Source of the DNA: Nitrospirota bacterium
Lineage (GTDB): Bacteria; Nitrospirota; Nitrospiria; Nitrospirales; NS-4
Direction: 5' to 3'
Assembly: GCA_963788195.1 (NCBI GenBank)
Contig: CAWBGA010000004.1
Span: 64,001 to 128,000 of the forward strand
DNA: 64,000 bases
Shown: in pieces, positions 21,397 through 31,901 of the stretch
Layout of the letters: each line of letters starts with the position of its first letter
Numbering within the stretch: the first letter of the stretch is position 1
Position numbers and translations under genes: made by a program
The notes under the pieces: model-generated
Database searches by the model: none
What the model was told of the DNA's origin: nothing
What the model saw: the letters and a program-made list of their open reading frames with translations, nothing else

Positions 21397-22134
21397 TTGA
21401 ATATGTTAGCGCTTCTCAGAGGGTCGGGGTTCAAATTCAAAAGAGCGTTGAGTCAACGTGGCTTTTGGGGAACTCTCAGACGGGGCACAGCCTATCTTGT
21501 TTGGGAGTACACCGTTGAACGTCGCCGTCGCAGATACCGGGAAGCAGAGATGGCGGAATTTGACCGTAGATTTGCCGTGAACACCTCCGGCAAGGTTGAT
21601 CTGCAGGATCTGAACATTAACAGCCCGAATCTGAGTTATGGTGTGTCCTATGAGTCTACGCCCCCGGAGATATTCAAGCGCATGGTCGACAGTCTTCCGA
21701 TAAAACACGAGGAGTTTAGCTTTGTGGATGTTGGTTCCGGCAAGGGAAAGGTGCTTTTAATGGCATCGGAACTTCCGTTCAAGAAGATTATTGGCATTGA
21801 ATTCTCGTCTGAGCTACATCGAATCGCCCAACAGAACGTGTCCGCTTATCAAAGTCCAAATCAAAGGTGTAAGACTTTTGAATGTATATGTGTCGATGCG
21901 TCAGAGTGCCCAATCCCATCAGACCCACTTGTTTTCTTTTTTTACCATCCCTTTGATGACAAGGTTATGAGGAGAGTATTAACAAACATTGAAAGTTCTT
22001 TAAAAGATCATCCGAGAAGGATGTTTATTCTTTATTACAACCCCGTGTGTGATTATCTGCTTGATAGCACGACACTCTGGAAGAAGATCAAAGCTACGGT
22101 CAACTACGCCATCTATATGACGGGAGATGCATGA
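21397..22134 (+). CDS. Class I SAM-dependent methyltransferase
   Basis: YESTP, FVDVGSGKGKVL, IIGIEFS, FFYHPF. Confidence 0.8.
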   Translation: MNMLALLRGSGFKFKRALSQRGFWGTLRRGTAYLVWEYTVERRRRRYREAEMAEFDRRFAVNTSGKVDLQDLNINSPNLSYGVSYESTPPEIFKRMVDSLPIKHEEFSFVDVGSGKGKVLLMASELPFKKIIGIEFSSELHRIAQQNVSAYQSPNQRCKTFECICVDASECPIPSDPLVFFFYHPFDDKVMRRVLTNIESSLKDHPRRMFILYYNPVCDYLLDSTTLWKKIKATVNYAIYMTGDA

Positions 22135-23476
22135 AGATGAAACGAGGCGAATCATGAGTTGGAGAGCTACGACCGTACGCCTTACCTGTCGGGTATCCGG
22201 GCATTCGCGCTATCGCTTCGACCAACACTTGCAAGCGAATGAAGGGCTCACGCCGGAGGCGATCGAACAGATACAGCTGGATAAGCTCAAGGCGCTCGTG
22301 GGCCACGCCTATGCGACGGTGCCTTACTATCGGGAGCTGTTTGACCAACAAAAAATCAGGCCTGAGGACATTCGGAGCCTGAAGGATTACTCCGCCCTTC
22401 CTATATTGACGAAGGCCATGGTTCGCAGCCATGGCATTGACCCATTCCGCTCGACAAGCTTTCTGCCTTCCCAATTAGTAGAGGTGGCAACCAGTGGCTC
22501 GACAGGGGAGCCGTTTCGCTTTCTGAGACAACGTGAATACGAGGAGTGGCGCATGGCGGGTTGGTGGCGTGCCTGGCGCTGGGGTGGCTGGACTGCAGGC
22601 GATAAGATAGCCTGGTTTTGGCGGGAGTATTGGCCTCAGAATAAGATAAAGCAATTGGAGAAGCGGCTAAACTGGTGGCTAACGGGGAGACACTGGTTCA
22701 ATGTTTTAGACATGTCTGAAACCACCATGGATCGGTGGATTGACGAATTTCGACGGTTTAAACCAAGCTTTGTTCACGCATATCCCTCCGCAATTATGCG
22801 TTTTTCAAGTCACCTGGATGCCAGGGGGATTATTCTGGACGGAGTAAAGGCCGTATTTACGAGCGGTGAAATGCTGCTGCCAAATCAGAGAAACCTCATT
22901 CAACGGACTTTCCAGGCGGAGGTCCACAACATGTATGGGAGCAGTGAAGTCTACCCCATTGCCGCGGAATGCCGGCAGGGGGCGTTCCACCTCAGCACCG
23001 ATCTGATTGTGCCGGAGCTTGAAGAGGACCCGCAAGGAAGTGGTCTTAAACGGATCATTGCGACACCCCTTCTGGCCTATGGTATGCCGTTCTTGCGGTA
23101 CGAAGTCGGTGATTTGGCGTCGGCGATTACTCGCGATTGTTCCTGCGGTCTTCCTTTCCCTGTACTGAAAGGCCTGATTGGGCGTGCGGCCGATCTCTTC
23201 CCCTTACCGAACGGCCGTATGGTTCATGGACAGGTCCTTATTGCCTATCTCAACGCAGTACGCGGTGTGGAGAGGTTTCAGTTTAGGCAGAGGCAATTGG
23301 GTTTATTGAATCTCAACATCATCAAGGGCGCTGGATTTAGCTCGCAAGCAATTGAGACCGTCCAAAAGCAAATACAACAGGATCTCAACGTACGCGTTGA
23401 GATTGGCTATGTCACGGACATTCCACTCACAAGTCAGGGCAAATTTCGGTATGCGGTGTCTGAGCTGGACAATTGA
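22127..23476 (+). CDS. Phenylacetate-CoA ligase family (CapK-like) adenylate-forming enzyme
   Basis: VPYYR, LPILTK, TSGSTGEP, YGSSE, MPFLRYEVGD, GKFR. Confidence 0.88.
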   Translation: MHEDETRRIMSWRATTVRLTCRVSGHSRYRFDQHLQANEGLTPEAIEQIQLDKLKALVGHAYATVPYYRELFDQQKIRPEDIRSLKDYSALPILTKAMVRSHGIDPFRSTSFLPSQLVEVATSGSTGEPFRFLRQREYEEWRMAGWWRAWRWGGWTAGDKIAWFWREYWPQNKIKQLEKRLNWWLTGRHWFNVLDMSETTMDRWIDEFRRFKPSFVHAYPSAIMRFSSHLDARGIILDGVKAVFTSGEMLLPNQRNLIQRTFQAEVHNMYGSSEVYPIAAECRQGAFHLSTDLIVPELEEDPQGSGLKRIIATPLLAYGMPFLRYEVGDLASAITRDCSCGLPFPVLKGLIGRAADLFPLPNGRMVHGQVLIAYLNAVRGVERFQFRQRQLGLLNLNIIKGAGFSSQAIETVQKQIQQDLNVRVEIGYVTDIPLTSQGKFRYAVSELDN

Positions 23477-23477
23477 A

Positions 23478-24518
23478 GTGAATTACACTCGGCAGGCAAG
23501 ACATACGCTCAAGTGGTTGCTGTGTGAGGTGCTGAACCTATTGGGCGTCATTGCTCTTCTAGAGGCAACACGAAAAGACGGCATACGAATTCTTGTGTAT
23601 CACCGGGTGGGCTCTCATCGTGTTGACGATGGAATGACGGTCTCGCAGATAGTGTTTGATGCTCAGCTCCGGTACCTCGGAAAGCATTACACAGTAGTCC
23701 CGTTGGATGAGGTCGCTGCCATACTCAAAGAAGAACGTCCGATCCGAAGCGGACTCATCGCCCTCACGCTAGATGACGGTTACCGTGACAATTACACGCG
23801 GGCTTGGCCGATTCTTGCCCGATACAGTATGCCGGCCACTATTTTTGTCACGGTGGGCCCGCTGGACGGAGAAGGCTCCCTTTGGACAGAAGAGATTCAG
23901 GAGGCTCTGTGGGCATCATCGGGTCAGGCCTTGGACCTTCACTCTATGGGCTGGGGGTCATGGCCCTTGAAAACCGATGCGGAGAGACTGACCTGCCTTC
24001 ACGCAGTCAAGCAGCGGCTCAAAGTCTTGCCGGATGCCGAGCGACAAAGAACGCTGCGGGAAATTATTCAAAGGTTGGGTTCCCGGGGGCAGACAGCTGT
24101 TCAGGAGCGGATGCTGACGTGGGATATGATGCGGGAGATGTCGAAAAGGGGCATTACCATTGGGGCGCACACCGTGTCTCATAAAATTTTGACGCAGATC
24201 GCGCCTCAAGAGGTTGACTGGGAGATCAGAGAGTCTAAGCATCGGATTGAACAGCAATTGGGAGAACCGGTCCGGCACTTCGCATATCCCAATGGGACTT
24301 CCTCTGACTGGAATGCCGACATTCAGAAAATGGTGAAACAGACGGGGTTTGAGACAGCGTGCACCACTGTCCGCGGGACCAATTCAGCCGGGCATGATCT
24401 TTATGCCTTGCGCCGCCTCGACATTACCGATGCGGGCTGTACAGACGCCCGAGGTCGGTTCTCTCCGGCCATGTTCGCCGCGCAATTGGCAGGCCTTTTT
24501 GGTCGTTGGGAGAAGTAG
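23478..24518 (+). CDS. Polysaccharide deacetylase (CE4/NodB-like)
   Basis: LVYHRV, TLDDGYRDN, GAHTVSH, FAYPNG; GTG start just after the previous stop. Confidence 0.88.
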   Translation: MNYTRQARHTLKWLLCEVLNLLGVIALLEATRKDGIRILVYHRVGSHRVDDGMTVSQIVFDAQLRYLGKHYTVVPLDEVAAILKEERPIRSGLIALTLDDGYRDNYTRAWPILARYSMPATIFVTVGPLDGEGSLWTEEIQEALWASSGQALDLHSMGWGSWPLKTDAERLTCLHAVKQRLKVLPDAERQRTLREIIQRLGSRGQTAVQERMLTWDMMREMSKRGITIGAHTVSHKILTQIAPQEVDWEIRESKHRIEQQLGEPVRHFAYPNGTSSDWNADIQKMVKQTGFETACTTVRGTNSAGHDLYALRRLDITDAGCTDARGRFSPAMFAAQLAGLFGRWEK

Positions 24519-24521
24519 GCG

Positions 24522-26858
24522 TTGTCACTCTTTGTGGACATAGTCAAGAGCATGGACCAGGTAGAACGCTTACGGGGGCAATGGGACAGTCTGCTCGAGC
24601 GCGTACCCCAGGCTCCGATCTTCCTGACGCCTGAATGGATGCTCGGCTGGTGGGAGATCTATGGCGCAGGCGCGGCGTTGTTTCTCATAGCGGTGCATCA
24701 CGAAGATCGTCTCATCGGACTGCTTCCGTGCTATATCAGCGGCCCGGCACTTCGGAAGTCCGATCCGTTCCCCCATCAATTGCGCCTCCTGGGTTCCACG
24801 GCTGTCTGTTCTGACCATCTTGATGGCCTAGCGGAGCCGGGCATGGAGGGGCCGGTCACGGCTGCATGGCAACAAGCAATCAAGGAACATCAGAGTGCCT
24901 GGGAGTCCGTGGAGTTCGCGGATCTGGATCAGGAAGGCTTGCTGTATCAAGCCATCAAGCGAGAGCCGAAGGCCTGGGGACAGGGCCTTTCCTGGTCGGA
25001 GCGGTCGGGAGATATCTGTCCGTATATCACGCTTCCTGGCTCATGGACGGAATATCTTTCAAGCCTGAGCCCGAAGACACGGCGGGAGATTCGTCATGAT
25101 CGCCGGGCCCTGGACAAAGTAGGCAGCGTGACTGTCCGTGCAGTGACGGAACCCGACGAAGTCGAAGCGGCGATGGCTGTCTTCATAGGCCTGCATCAGT
25201 TGAGACGTGAACACCTAGGGGATCAAGGCAGCTTTGCCGACGCAGCCTACGAACGCTTTCATCTCATCGTGAGCCGTGGGATGGCCGAGCGAGGCAGGTT
25301 GCGTCTGTGGTTCCTGAATGTGGACGGGAATCCCGCCGCCGCGCGCTATCAGTTTGCCTATCGCGGTCGAGTCCATGATTACCTTCCGGGCCATGACCCC
25401 AAATGGCACAAGTTCAGCGTTGGACTTGTTCTGCTGAGTCATTGTGTTGAATACGCAATTCTGAATAAGGACCAGCAAATAGATCTTTTGCGAGGCGCTG
25501 AGGGATATAAATTGCGATGGGCCGCATATTCCCGCCAGCAAGTCACTCTGACCGCCACGCGACCGATGACCCGGGCCCGCATGGCCGTCAAATCAGCGCA
25601 GGCCTCGCGTCATGTTCGGAGCGTTGCCAAGCAGATTCTCCCGGCCCCCCTCACGCAGAAGATCAGAAAGCTCATGCATACAGCCTCTGGAGTCAAGGGA
25701 CGTTCAATGGAAAGAAAATACGTTCCATTCTTTCCGTCGACATCTTTTAGGCACCTGTGGGGGTCGACGTGGACAAAGCGCAAGCCATTTCCATTGGAGG
25801 AAGCCCGCACCGCTTACTATTATTTTGCTCGGAACGGGATTTGGCACGCCATTGATTTGCTGGACCTTACCCCAGACGATGAAGTGTTGATGCCGGCTTA
25901 TAACAATGGGATGGACGTGGCACCTTTTCAACTCAGACGGATCCCGCTTCGCTTTGTGCATGTCGATCGACAAATGATGCTGGATATAAAGGACCTGAAA
26001 GCAAAGATCACTTCACGGACTCGAATGATTTATGTCATTCACTACCTAGGCTTCGCCCAGCCTATGGACGAAATCAAGGAACTGTGTCGAAAACATGATC
26101 TGCTTCTATTTGAGGATTGCGCGTTGGCCTTCGGGAGCTCGTATAACGGGCAGCCGCTGGGTTCCTTTGGGGATGCGGCGATCTTTTGCTTGGCTAAGTT
26201 CCTGCCGGTACCCAATGGCGGCGCATTGATCCTAAACAATCCCACCTTGAGAATGCCTCCTCCGACGATACCACCCTCCAGCTACTCTGTGACGAGCCAA
26301 TTGTCGACAAAGATGTTGGATCACTTTGAGGCGCACGGTGGGCCATGGGCCGGGAACGCGCGGCATCTTATTACCCGCACGGCGCAACGATTCGTACGTC
26401 AGGCGAAGCTCGAGCGTGTGGATTCCGGAGTGATGCAGTTCTTGCCGGATAAAGTGGATTGGGGAATCGCTTCCGTCTCCAAGAGAATTTTGGAGCGTGT
26501 GGACTATGATGGCGTGTATCACAAACGACGGGAGAATTACCTTACTCTGTTGGACAGCGTGAGAGGAATCCCTGGGGTCACGCCGCTCCAACCATCCTTG
26601 CCGGATGGCGTTTCTCCGCTATTTCTACCCGTCTTGGTAGAGGATAACCAAAAAGTCTGCAACGCTCTTATCCAACGGGGGGTCTGCGCTGGTGGGTTTT
26701 GGAATTGGGCACCGCCGGGCGTACCGACCGAGGAGTTTCCTGACACTGTTTTTCTGCGTAAGCATGTGTTGGAGTTGCAAGTGCACCAGGACCTGGGAGT
26801 TGAACATCTTCAGGCCACGGCCAATCACCTCCGTGCAGTCATGGCGGACGTTGTATGA
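24522..26858 (+). CDS. Fusion of a CelD/BcsL-like GNAT domain and a DegT-family aminotransferase
   Basis: N-half: FLTPEW, SDHLD, IDLLRGAEGYKLRW. C-half from about 25707: ARNGI, LMPAY, IHYLG, EDCALA, CLAKFLPVPNGG. Confidence 0.82.
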   Translation: MSLFVDIVKSMDQVERLRGQWDSLLERVPQAPIFLTPEWMLGWWEIYGAGAALFLIAVHHEDRLIGLLPCYISGPALRKSDPFPHQLRLLGSTAVCSDHLDGLAEPGMEGPVTAAWQQAIKEHQSAWESVEFADLDQEGLLYQAIKREPKAWGQGLSWSERSGDICPYITLPGSWTEYLSSLSPKTRREIRHDRRALDKVGSVTVRAVTEPDEVEAAMAVFIGLHQLRREHLGDQGSFADAAYERFHLIVSRGMAERGRLRLWFLNVDGNPAAARYQFAYRGRVHDYLPGHDPKWHKFSVGLVLLSHCVEYAILNKDQQIDLLRGAEGYKLRWAAYSRQQVTLTATRPMTRARMAVKSAQASRHVRSVAKQILPAPLTQKIRKLMHTASGVKGRSMERKYVPFFPSTSFRHLWGSTWTKRKPFPLEEARTAYYYFARNGIWHAIDLLDLTPDDEVLMPAYNNGMDVAPFQLRRIPLRFVHVDRQMMLDIKDLKAKITSRTRMIYVIHYLGFAQPMDEIKELCRKHDLLLFEDCALAFGSSYNGQPLGSFGDAAIFCLAKFLPVPNGGALILNNPTLRMPPPTIPPSSYSVTSQLSTKMLDHFEAHGGPWAGNARHLITRTAQRFVRQAKLERVDSGVMQFLPDKVDWGIASVSKRILERVDYDGVYHKRRENYLTLLDSVRGIPGVTPLQPSLPDGVSPLFLPVLVEDNQKVCNALIQRGVCAGGFWNWAPPGVPTEEFPDTVFLRKHVLELQVHQDLGVEHLQATANHLRAVMADVV

Positions 26859-27970
26859 GCTTCCGGCTGGTATCGAATCCTACCAGGCAGTCGTGGAATG
26901 CCTTTGTCGTGTCACAGGCCGGGGCGGGTATCTGCCAGTCCTACGAATGGGGACAAATCAAACGGGCTCAAGGATGGGAGCCCCATTACATTGCAGTTGC
27001 CGATGACACCTCCTGGGTCGGGGCGACTCTCGTATTGTCCAAAAATCTTCCCGGTGGCGCCGGGGCATTATTGTATTCCCCCAACGGTCCCCTATCAAAT
27101 GCCGATTGGAATCGCGTGTTGCCCGTAATGCTAGAAGGTGTCAGCAAAATCGCGCAGAAAATTAGAGCCGTATTTTGGAGGATTGAACCGAGACTTCCGG
27201 TGAGGGATGAAAAAACGGACTCTGTGTTGGCGCAAATCGGATTTGTCTCCGTTCCTCAAGAGTGGTCATATTGGAACAGGCCGAAGTACGACATGCACTT
27301 GGAACTGCCGACAAAGGAAGATGAGCTGCTTAAAGGCTATGGAAAGAAGGATCGGTACAATATTCGTACGGCACTTAAGAAAGTGCGAATCTCCGCCAAC
27401 ACCGACGACAAGTCCCTGGAATCTTTTTACCAGCTACTGACAGGGACTGCGAAAAAGAAGCGAATTCTCATCCAAGATCTGGCGTATTTCCGACGATGCC
27501 GAGATATTTTGGCCGAAGCTGGGATGATGCAAATTTTTGTCGCAGAATGTGGTGGACAGCCGGTGGCAGCCGGCATTTCGACACGGTTTGGCCAGACTGC
27601 GATGCTCTTTCATATGAGTAATAATTACTCGGTTCCAAATGCCGGTGCGGCCGTTCAGTGGGAAATGGTGCGTTGGGCGATTGCACAGGGATGTCGCCTG
27701 TATGATTTTGCCGGTAGCGCAACTAATTTCCCTCCAAAAGAGACCGACAAAGGTTACGGGGTGTACCAATTCAAGCGAAGTTTCGGAGCGGAGATTGTCG
27801 CATGGTACGGGTACGCCGACTATATCTACAGGCCGGTTCTCTATGGCGTCTTTCGGACGATAGAGAGGAGCCTGCCCTATGGAGAAAGGCTGTTTCTGGA
27901 CTGGCCCAAGGGCCTTCTCTTCCGATTACGCCATCGCAAAAGCATCGCCAAGGACCACGACGCATCCTGA
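26855..27970 (+). CDS. FemAB/FemX-like peptidyltransferase
   Basis: QSYEWGQIK, RIEP, RYNIR, QWEMVRWA, GVYQFKRSFG. Confidence 0.85.
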   Translation: MSFRLVSNPTRQSWNAFVVSQAGAGICQSYEWGQIKRAQGWEPHYIAVADDTSWVGATLVLSKNLPGGAGALLYSPNGPLSNADWNRVLPVMLEGVSKIAQKIRAVFWRIEPRLPVRDEKTDSVLAQIGFVSVPQEWSYWNRPKYDMHLELPTKEDELLKGYGKKDRYNIRTALKKVRISANTDDKSLESFYQLLTGTAKKKRILIQDLAYFRRCRDILAEAGMMQIFVAECGGQPVAAGISTRFGQTAMLFHMSNNYSVPNAGAAVQWEMVRWAIAQGCRLYDFAGSATNFPPKETDKGYGVYQFKRSFGAEIVAWYGYADYIYRPVLYGVFRTIERSLPYGERLFLDWPKGLLFRLRHRKSIAKDHDAS

Positions 27971-27995
27971 GGGATGAGACGGACCATCATAAATA

Positions 27996-29180
27996 ATGGA
28001 GATTCTCTTCCTGACAGGCAACCTCCCTTATCCACCGACCGACGGGTGGAAAATCCGAGTCTTTTCCCTGATCCGTCATCTGTCGCGCCGTCATCGAGTA
28101 TCACTGGTTTCATTCATGCGAACCACGGAGGATCCGAAGGCCGTTGAAGCCTTGCGAACCTACTGTGCCGATCTGTGGGTGATCCCCAGAGATCCGCGAT
28201 ATTCACCGTGGAAGTTGTTTCTCGGCATGGTCGGCCAAACGGCATTTCCACTGCTTAACTATAGGGACCGACAGATGGAGGATCTCCTCAGGGAGGTCCT
28301 TCAAAAGCGCGCCTTTGACATCGTACAGGTCGAGAGCTTGGCTATGGCTCAATACTGCTCAGCAGCCTCATTTTCCACCGTCCTGGACTTGCACAATATT
28401 GAATCGCTGTTGATCAAGCGCTACGCACTGCAAGAAACAAATCTGCTGAAGCGCGGTTATGCAGAAATCATGTGGAGAAAGGTCGCCGCGTATGAACGGG
28501 CGACCTGTAAGAGGTTCACTCACTGCCTGACCTGTTCGGAAGAGGATCAACGTTTGGTACAAGCGTTTGCAGGAGTTGAACGTGTCACCGTCATCCCCAA
28601 CGGTGTGGATCTTCAAGCCTATACCCCTGACGGGACACCGCCGAAACCTTTTAACCGCCTGGTGTTCGTCGGTCGAATGGATTATCACGCCAATGTGGAC
28701 GGGGTCCGGTGGTTCTGTCGGGAAATCCTTCCCCACATACGCACGCAGAAACCGGATGTCGTGTTTCAGATCGTGGGCGGGTACCCGACGAACGATGTGA
28801 AGCGATTGGCTCGCCCTGGAGAGATAGAAGTGACTGGATTTGTCCAAGATGTGCGGCCCTACCTCAAAGAAGCGACAGCCGTGGTCGTCCCCCTGAGGAT
28901 TGGTGGCGGAACACGGTTCAAAATCCTCGAATCGCTCGCGATGGGTAAGGCCGTCATCAGCACGACTCTAGGAGCGGAGGGGATAGCTGCTATCGACGGG
29001 CGGGAAATTCTGTTGGCGGATCATCCAACGCAGTTTGCCGACAGAGTCATTGATGTCCTAGGGAACCCTGAATTGCAACAGTCTTTACACAATGCAGGCC
29101 GCGAATTGGTGGAGGCTCGCTATAGCTGGGCAAGCATTGGCAACTGTCTCGAACAAGTGTACGAAAGTTATTGTAGATGA
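27996..29180 (+). CDS. GT4 glycosyltransferase, PEP-CTERM/exosortase-associated type
   Basis: LPYPPTDGWKIR, DLHNIES, IPNGVD, FVGRMDYHANVDG, GGGTRFKILE. Confidence 0.9.
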   Translation: MEILFLTGNLPYPPTDGWKIRVFSLIRHLSRRHRVSLVSFMRTTEDPKAVEALRTYCADLWVIPRDPRYSPWKLFLGMVGQTAFPLLNYRDRQMEDLLREVLQKRAFDIVQVESLAMAQYCSAASFSTVLDLHNIESLLIKRYALQETNLLKRGYAEIMWRKVAAYERATCKRFTHCLTCSEEDQRLVQAFAGVERVTVIPNGVDLQAYTPDGTPPKPFNRLVFVGRMDYHANVDGVRWFCREILPHIRTQKPDVVFQIVGGYPTNDVKRLARPGEIEVTGFVQDVRPYLKEATAVVVPLRIGGGTRFKILESLAMGKAVISTTLGAEGIAAIDGREILLADHPTQFADRVIDVLGNPELQQSLHNAGRELVEARYSWASIGNCLEQVYESYCR

Positions 29181-29568
29181 GTCACGTCGCTGTCCGCCTT
29201 AAGGCGCGGCCTTCAGGCAGCACGTGTCCGAGAAGGTCGGGCCACCGTGGTGGCATTCCTATGGTTGCCACATGATGTTCATGCATCTCCCCTGAAGCCA
29301 TCTCCTATTTAATGAGGACACGGTCATAGCGATCCGTTCTCTTTATAGAGCCGACGGCGCGCAACATTGTGACGATGTGGAGGGCGGACTCAATCGAATG
29401 ACGATTCGCCGATTTGAGAATTTGGTACTGCATTCGGGGTTTCGCCTCCTCTGGCTCAGGTGCGTGCCCATAAGGGGCACGTCGCTGTTGGGAGGAAACG
29501 ATGGGGACGTGAATTCTTCATCTCCTTCGTGAAGGCACAATTGGTTAAGGTGTAAAGCCGCACTGAAG

Positions 29569-30723
29569 ATGTTTCTACAAGACGAAACCAAAACCGAAGC
29601 GGGAAACGTGAGGGTCTTGGCCTTAGTCGCCGCCGGGGAGGTGAGTGGCCCGACGCGTGGATTGTTCCAGTTGATCGAGTTGAGCAAAGACGCCGGCGTT
29701 CAGTTCGTTATCGGCATGTTTCTGGTACCCGGCTGGACTACCACTGCGTCCATCGAGCAAGGCAAACGGCGTGGTTTTCAGGTGGAAATGCTCTCTCAAC
29801 GTGGACGGTATGATCCGAGGCTCATATCTCAGGCTTGGAACCTGGTCAAGAAGTATGGCGTCGAGGTGCTGCAATCTCATGGTTACAAGCCGGCCTTGCT
29901 TGCGTGGTGCCTCAAATGCATTGCACGCATACCCTGGATCGCTTTCGCGCATGGATATACAAGCGAAAACCGTCGTATGGCTTTGTATAATCGGCTGGAT
30001 GTGTGGCTACTGCGACATGCCGATCGTGTAGTTGTAGTTTCAGAAGCGACCGGCCGCACCCTTGTGCAAGCCGGTGTTCCAGAAAAAATTATCCGCGTCA
30101 TCCACAATGCGATAGATCCCTATAATCACGAAGTGTCGGAAGACGGGTCAGAACTTCGCCAAGTCTGTCACGCAGGCCCTGCCGATTTACTTATTGGTGT
30201 GATTGGCCGCATGAGCGCGGAGAAAGGCCAGGAAGTGTTTCTGCAGGCTTTCACGATGGTGTTGAAGGTTTTACCGAGGGCCAGAGCGGTGTTGGTCGGT
30301 GCGGGTCAGGACATGGCGGCCTTGGAGGAACTGGTTCGCACCAACGGATTAGAAGAGCAGGTCACTTTTACCGGCTATCAGAGGAACACCGCCGCCGTCT
30401 ACGCCGCCTTGGACCTTGTAGTGATTCCCTCGTTCAGCGAGGGGTTGCCGAATGTCCTTCTTGAGGCCATGGTCCATCGAAAGCCTGTCGTGGCGACAAA
30501 CGTGGGCGGCATCCCGGAAGTAATGCAAGATGGGCTCTCGAAATTCTTGGTTCCTCCGGGCGATCCACAAGCAATGGCGGACGCGATCCTCGAAGTCCTT
30601 CGCGACTCCACGCTACGAAAGGAATTAGGAGAAGCAGGGGAAAGACGTGCTCGTGAAGCCTTTTCGCCGTCGCGGCGTGCGGCACAGGTAGTCGAACTCT
30701 ACAAAGAGGTTCGGAGACTCTGA
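29569..30723 (+). CDS. GT4 family glycosyltransferase
   Basis: SHGYK, IHNAID, GRMSAEKG, PSFSEGLPNVLLEAM. Confidence 0.9.
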   Translation: MFLQDETKTEAGNVRVLALVAAGEVSGPTRGLFQLIELSKDAGVQFVIGMFLVPGWTTTASIEQGKRRGFQVEMLSQRGRYDPRLISQAWNLVKKYGVEVLQSHGYKPALLAWCLKCIARIPWIAFAHGYTSENRRMALYNRLDVWLLRHADRVVVVSEATGRTLVQAGVPEKIIRVIHNAIDPYNHEVSEDGSELRQVCHAGPADLLIGVIGRMSAEKGQEVFLQAFTMVLKVLPRARAVLVGAGQDMAALEELVRTNGLEEQVTFTGYQRNTAAVYAALDLVVIPSFSEGLPNVLLEAMVHRKPVVATNVGGIPEVMQDGLSKFLVPPGDPQAMADAILEVLRDSTLRKELGEAGERRAREAFSPSRRAAQVVELYKEVRRL

Positions 30724-31901
30724 TGCGTATCGTGACCGTGATCTTTGTGATGTCTAGCCTGGCCCTGCTGCATACGTACGTCTTCTATCCCTTCGTTCTG
30801 CAACTAATGAGAAAAAAGCAGCATGGCGAACTGCGGGGCCGTTCGGACTTGAATGGCGGGGCTTTGCCTGGAGCGTCGCAGAGTCCGCCGATTGTTTCGG
30901 TCATCATTCCCTTCCACAATGAGGAGCGGTGGGTAGCGCGTAAGCTTGACAATCTTCTCTCATGTGATTATCCGGCGAACCGTCTCCAGGTGATCGCGGT
31001 CTCGGACGGATCGCGAGATATGACGACAAACATTTTGGAACGTTACAAAGATCGGATCCAGGTCATAGCGTATCAGCCTCGCCGTGGTAAGCCTACCGCC
31101 TTAAACCTCGGTGTGGCACACGCACAAGGAGAGATTCTTATCTTCACCGACGCGAATGTCATGCTTGAGCCGAAAGCGATTCGGGCGATGGTCGCACGAT
31201 ATGAGGATCCGACTGTAGGCGCAGTCTCCGGCAAGATTGCGCTACAGCCTGACGGCGCCGGCGAACCGCTGGGTGAAGGCATCTACATGCGCTATGAGCA
31301 GTGGCTCTACTCTCTCGAGAGTGAAATCCAAACAATGATCGTGGGCGATGGTGCGTTTTTTTCAGTGCGCAGGGAGTTGTTCACGCCACTTCCGTCTGAC
31401 ACCATTACAGATGACTTTGCACTAGCGCTCCAAGTGGTTGGCAAAGGCAGACGGCTGATTTACGAGCCGGCGGCATGCGGGGTGGAGGTGGTGATACCGA
31501 GTGTCAGCGCAGAGTTTGGGCGTAAGGTGCGGATGGTTGCCGGTGGGTATCAGGCTCTGGGACGCTTGCACTACCTGTTGAATCCGTACCGGTTTCCGTT
31601 GGTCGCGTTCCAACTTATTTCCCATAAGCTCCTGCGTTGGTGGGCACCGTTTTTCTTAGTGCCCGTATTCGTAGGCGCGGCTCTCAGGGCCGGAGATCAT
31701 CCTCTTTTCGCCGGGGCCTTGGCCGTGCAGTGTGTCTTTTATGGTCTCGCGGGAGCGGGCTGGAGTAGCGCCCGGCTGAGGCAACTCAGGGTCGTGTATC
31801 TGCCCTATTATTTTTGCGCGACGAACGTGGCGGCGGTTCAAGGGCTCTGGCGCTTCCTCCACAGGCGCCAAGCCATTACCTGGGAAAGGGTCGGCCGATG
31901 A
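30723..31901 (+). CDS. GT2 family membrane glycosyltransferase
   Basis: N-terminal TM, IPFHNEE, SDGS, GKPTALN, FTDAN, TDDF, C-terminal SHKLLRW and TMs. Confidence 0.9.
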   Translation: MRIVTVIFVMSSLALLHTYVFYPFVLQLMRKKQHGELRGRSDLNGGALPGASQSPPIVSVIIPFHNEERWVARKLDNLLSCDYPANRLQVIAVSDGSRDMTTNILERYKDRIQVIAYQPRRGKPTALNLGVAHAQGEILIFTDANVMLEPKAIRAMVARYEDPTVGAVSGKIALQPDGAGEPLGEGIYMRYEQWLYSLESEIQTMIVGDGAFFSVRRELFTPLPSDTITDDFALALQVVGKGRRLIYEPAACGVEVVIPSVSAEFGRKVRMVAGGYQALGRLHYLLNPYRFPLVAFQLISHKLLRWWAPFFLVPVFVGAALRAGDHPLFAGALAVQCVFYGLAGAGWSSARLRQLRVVYLPYYFCATNVAAVQGLWRFLHRRQAITWERVGR

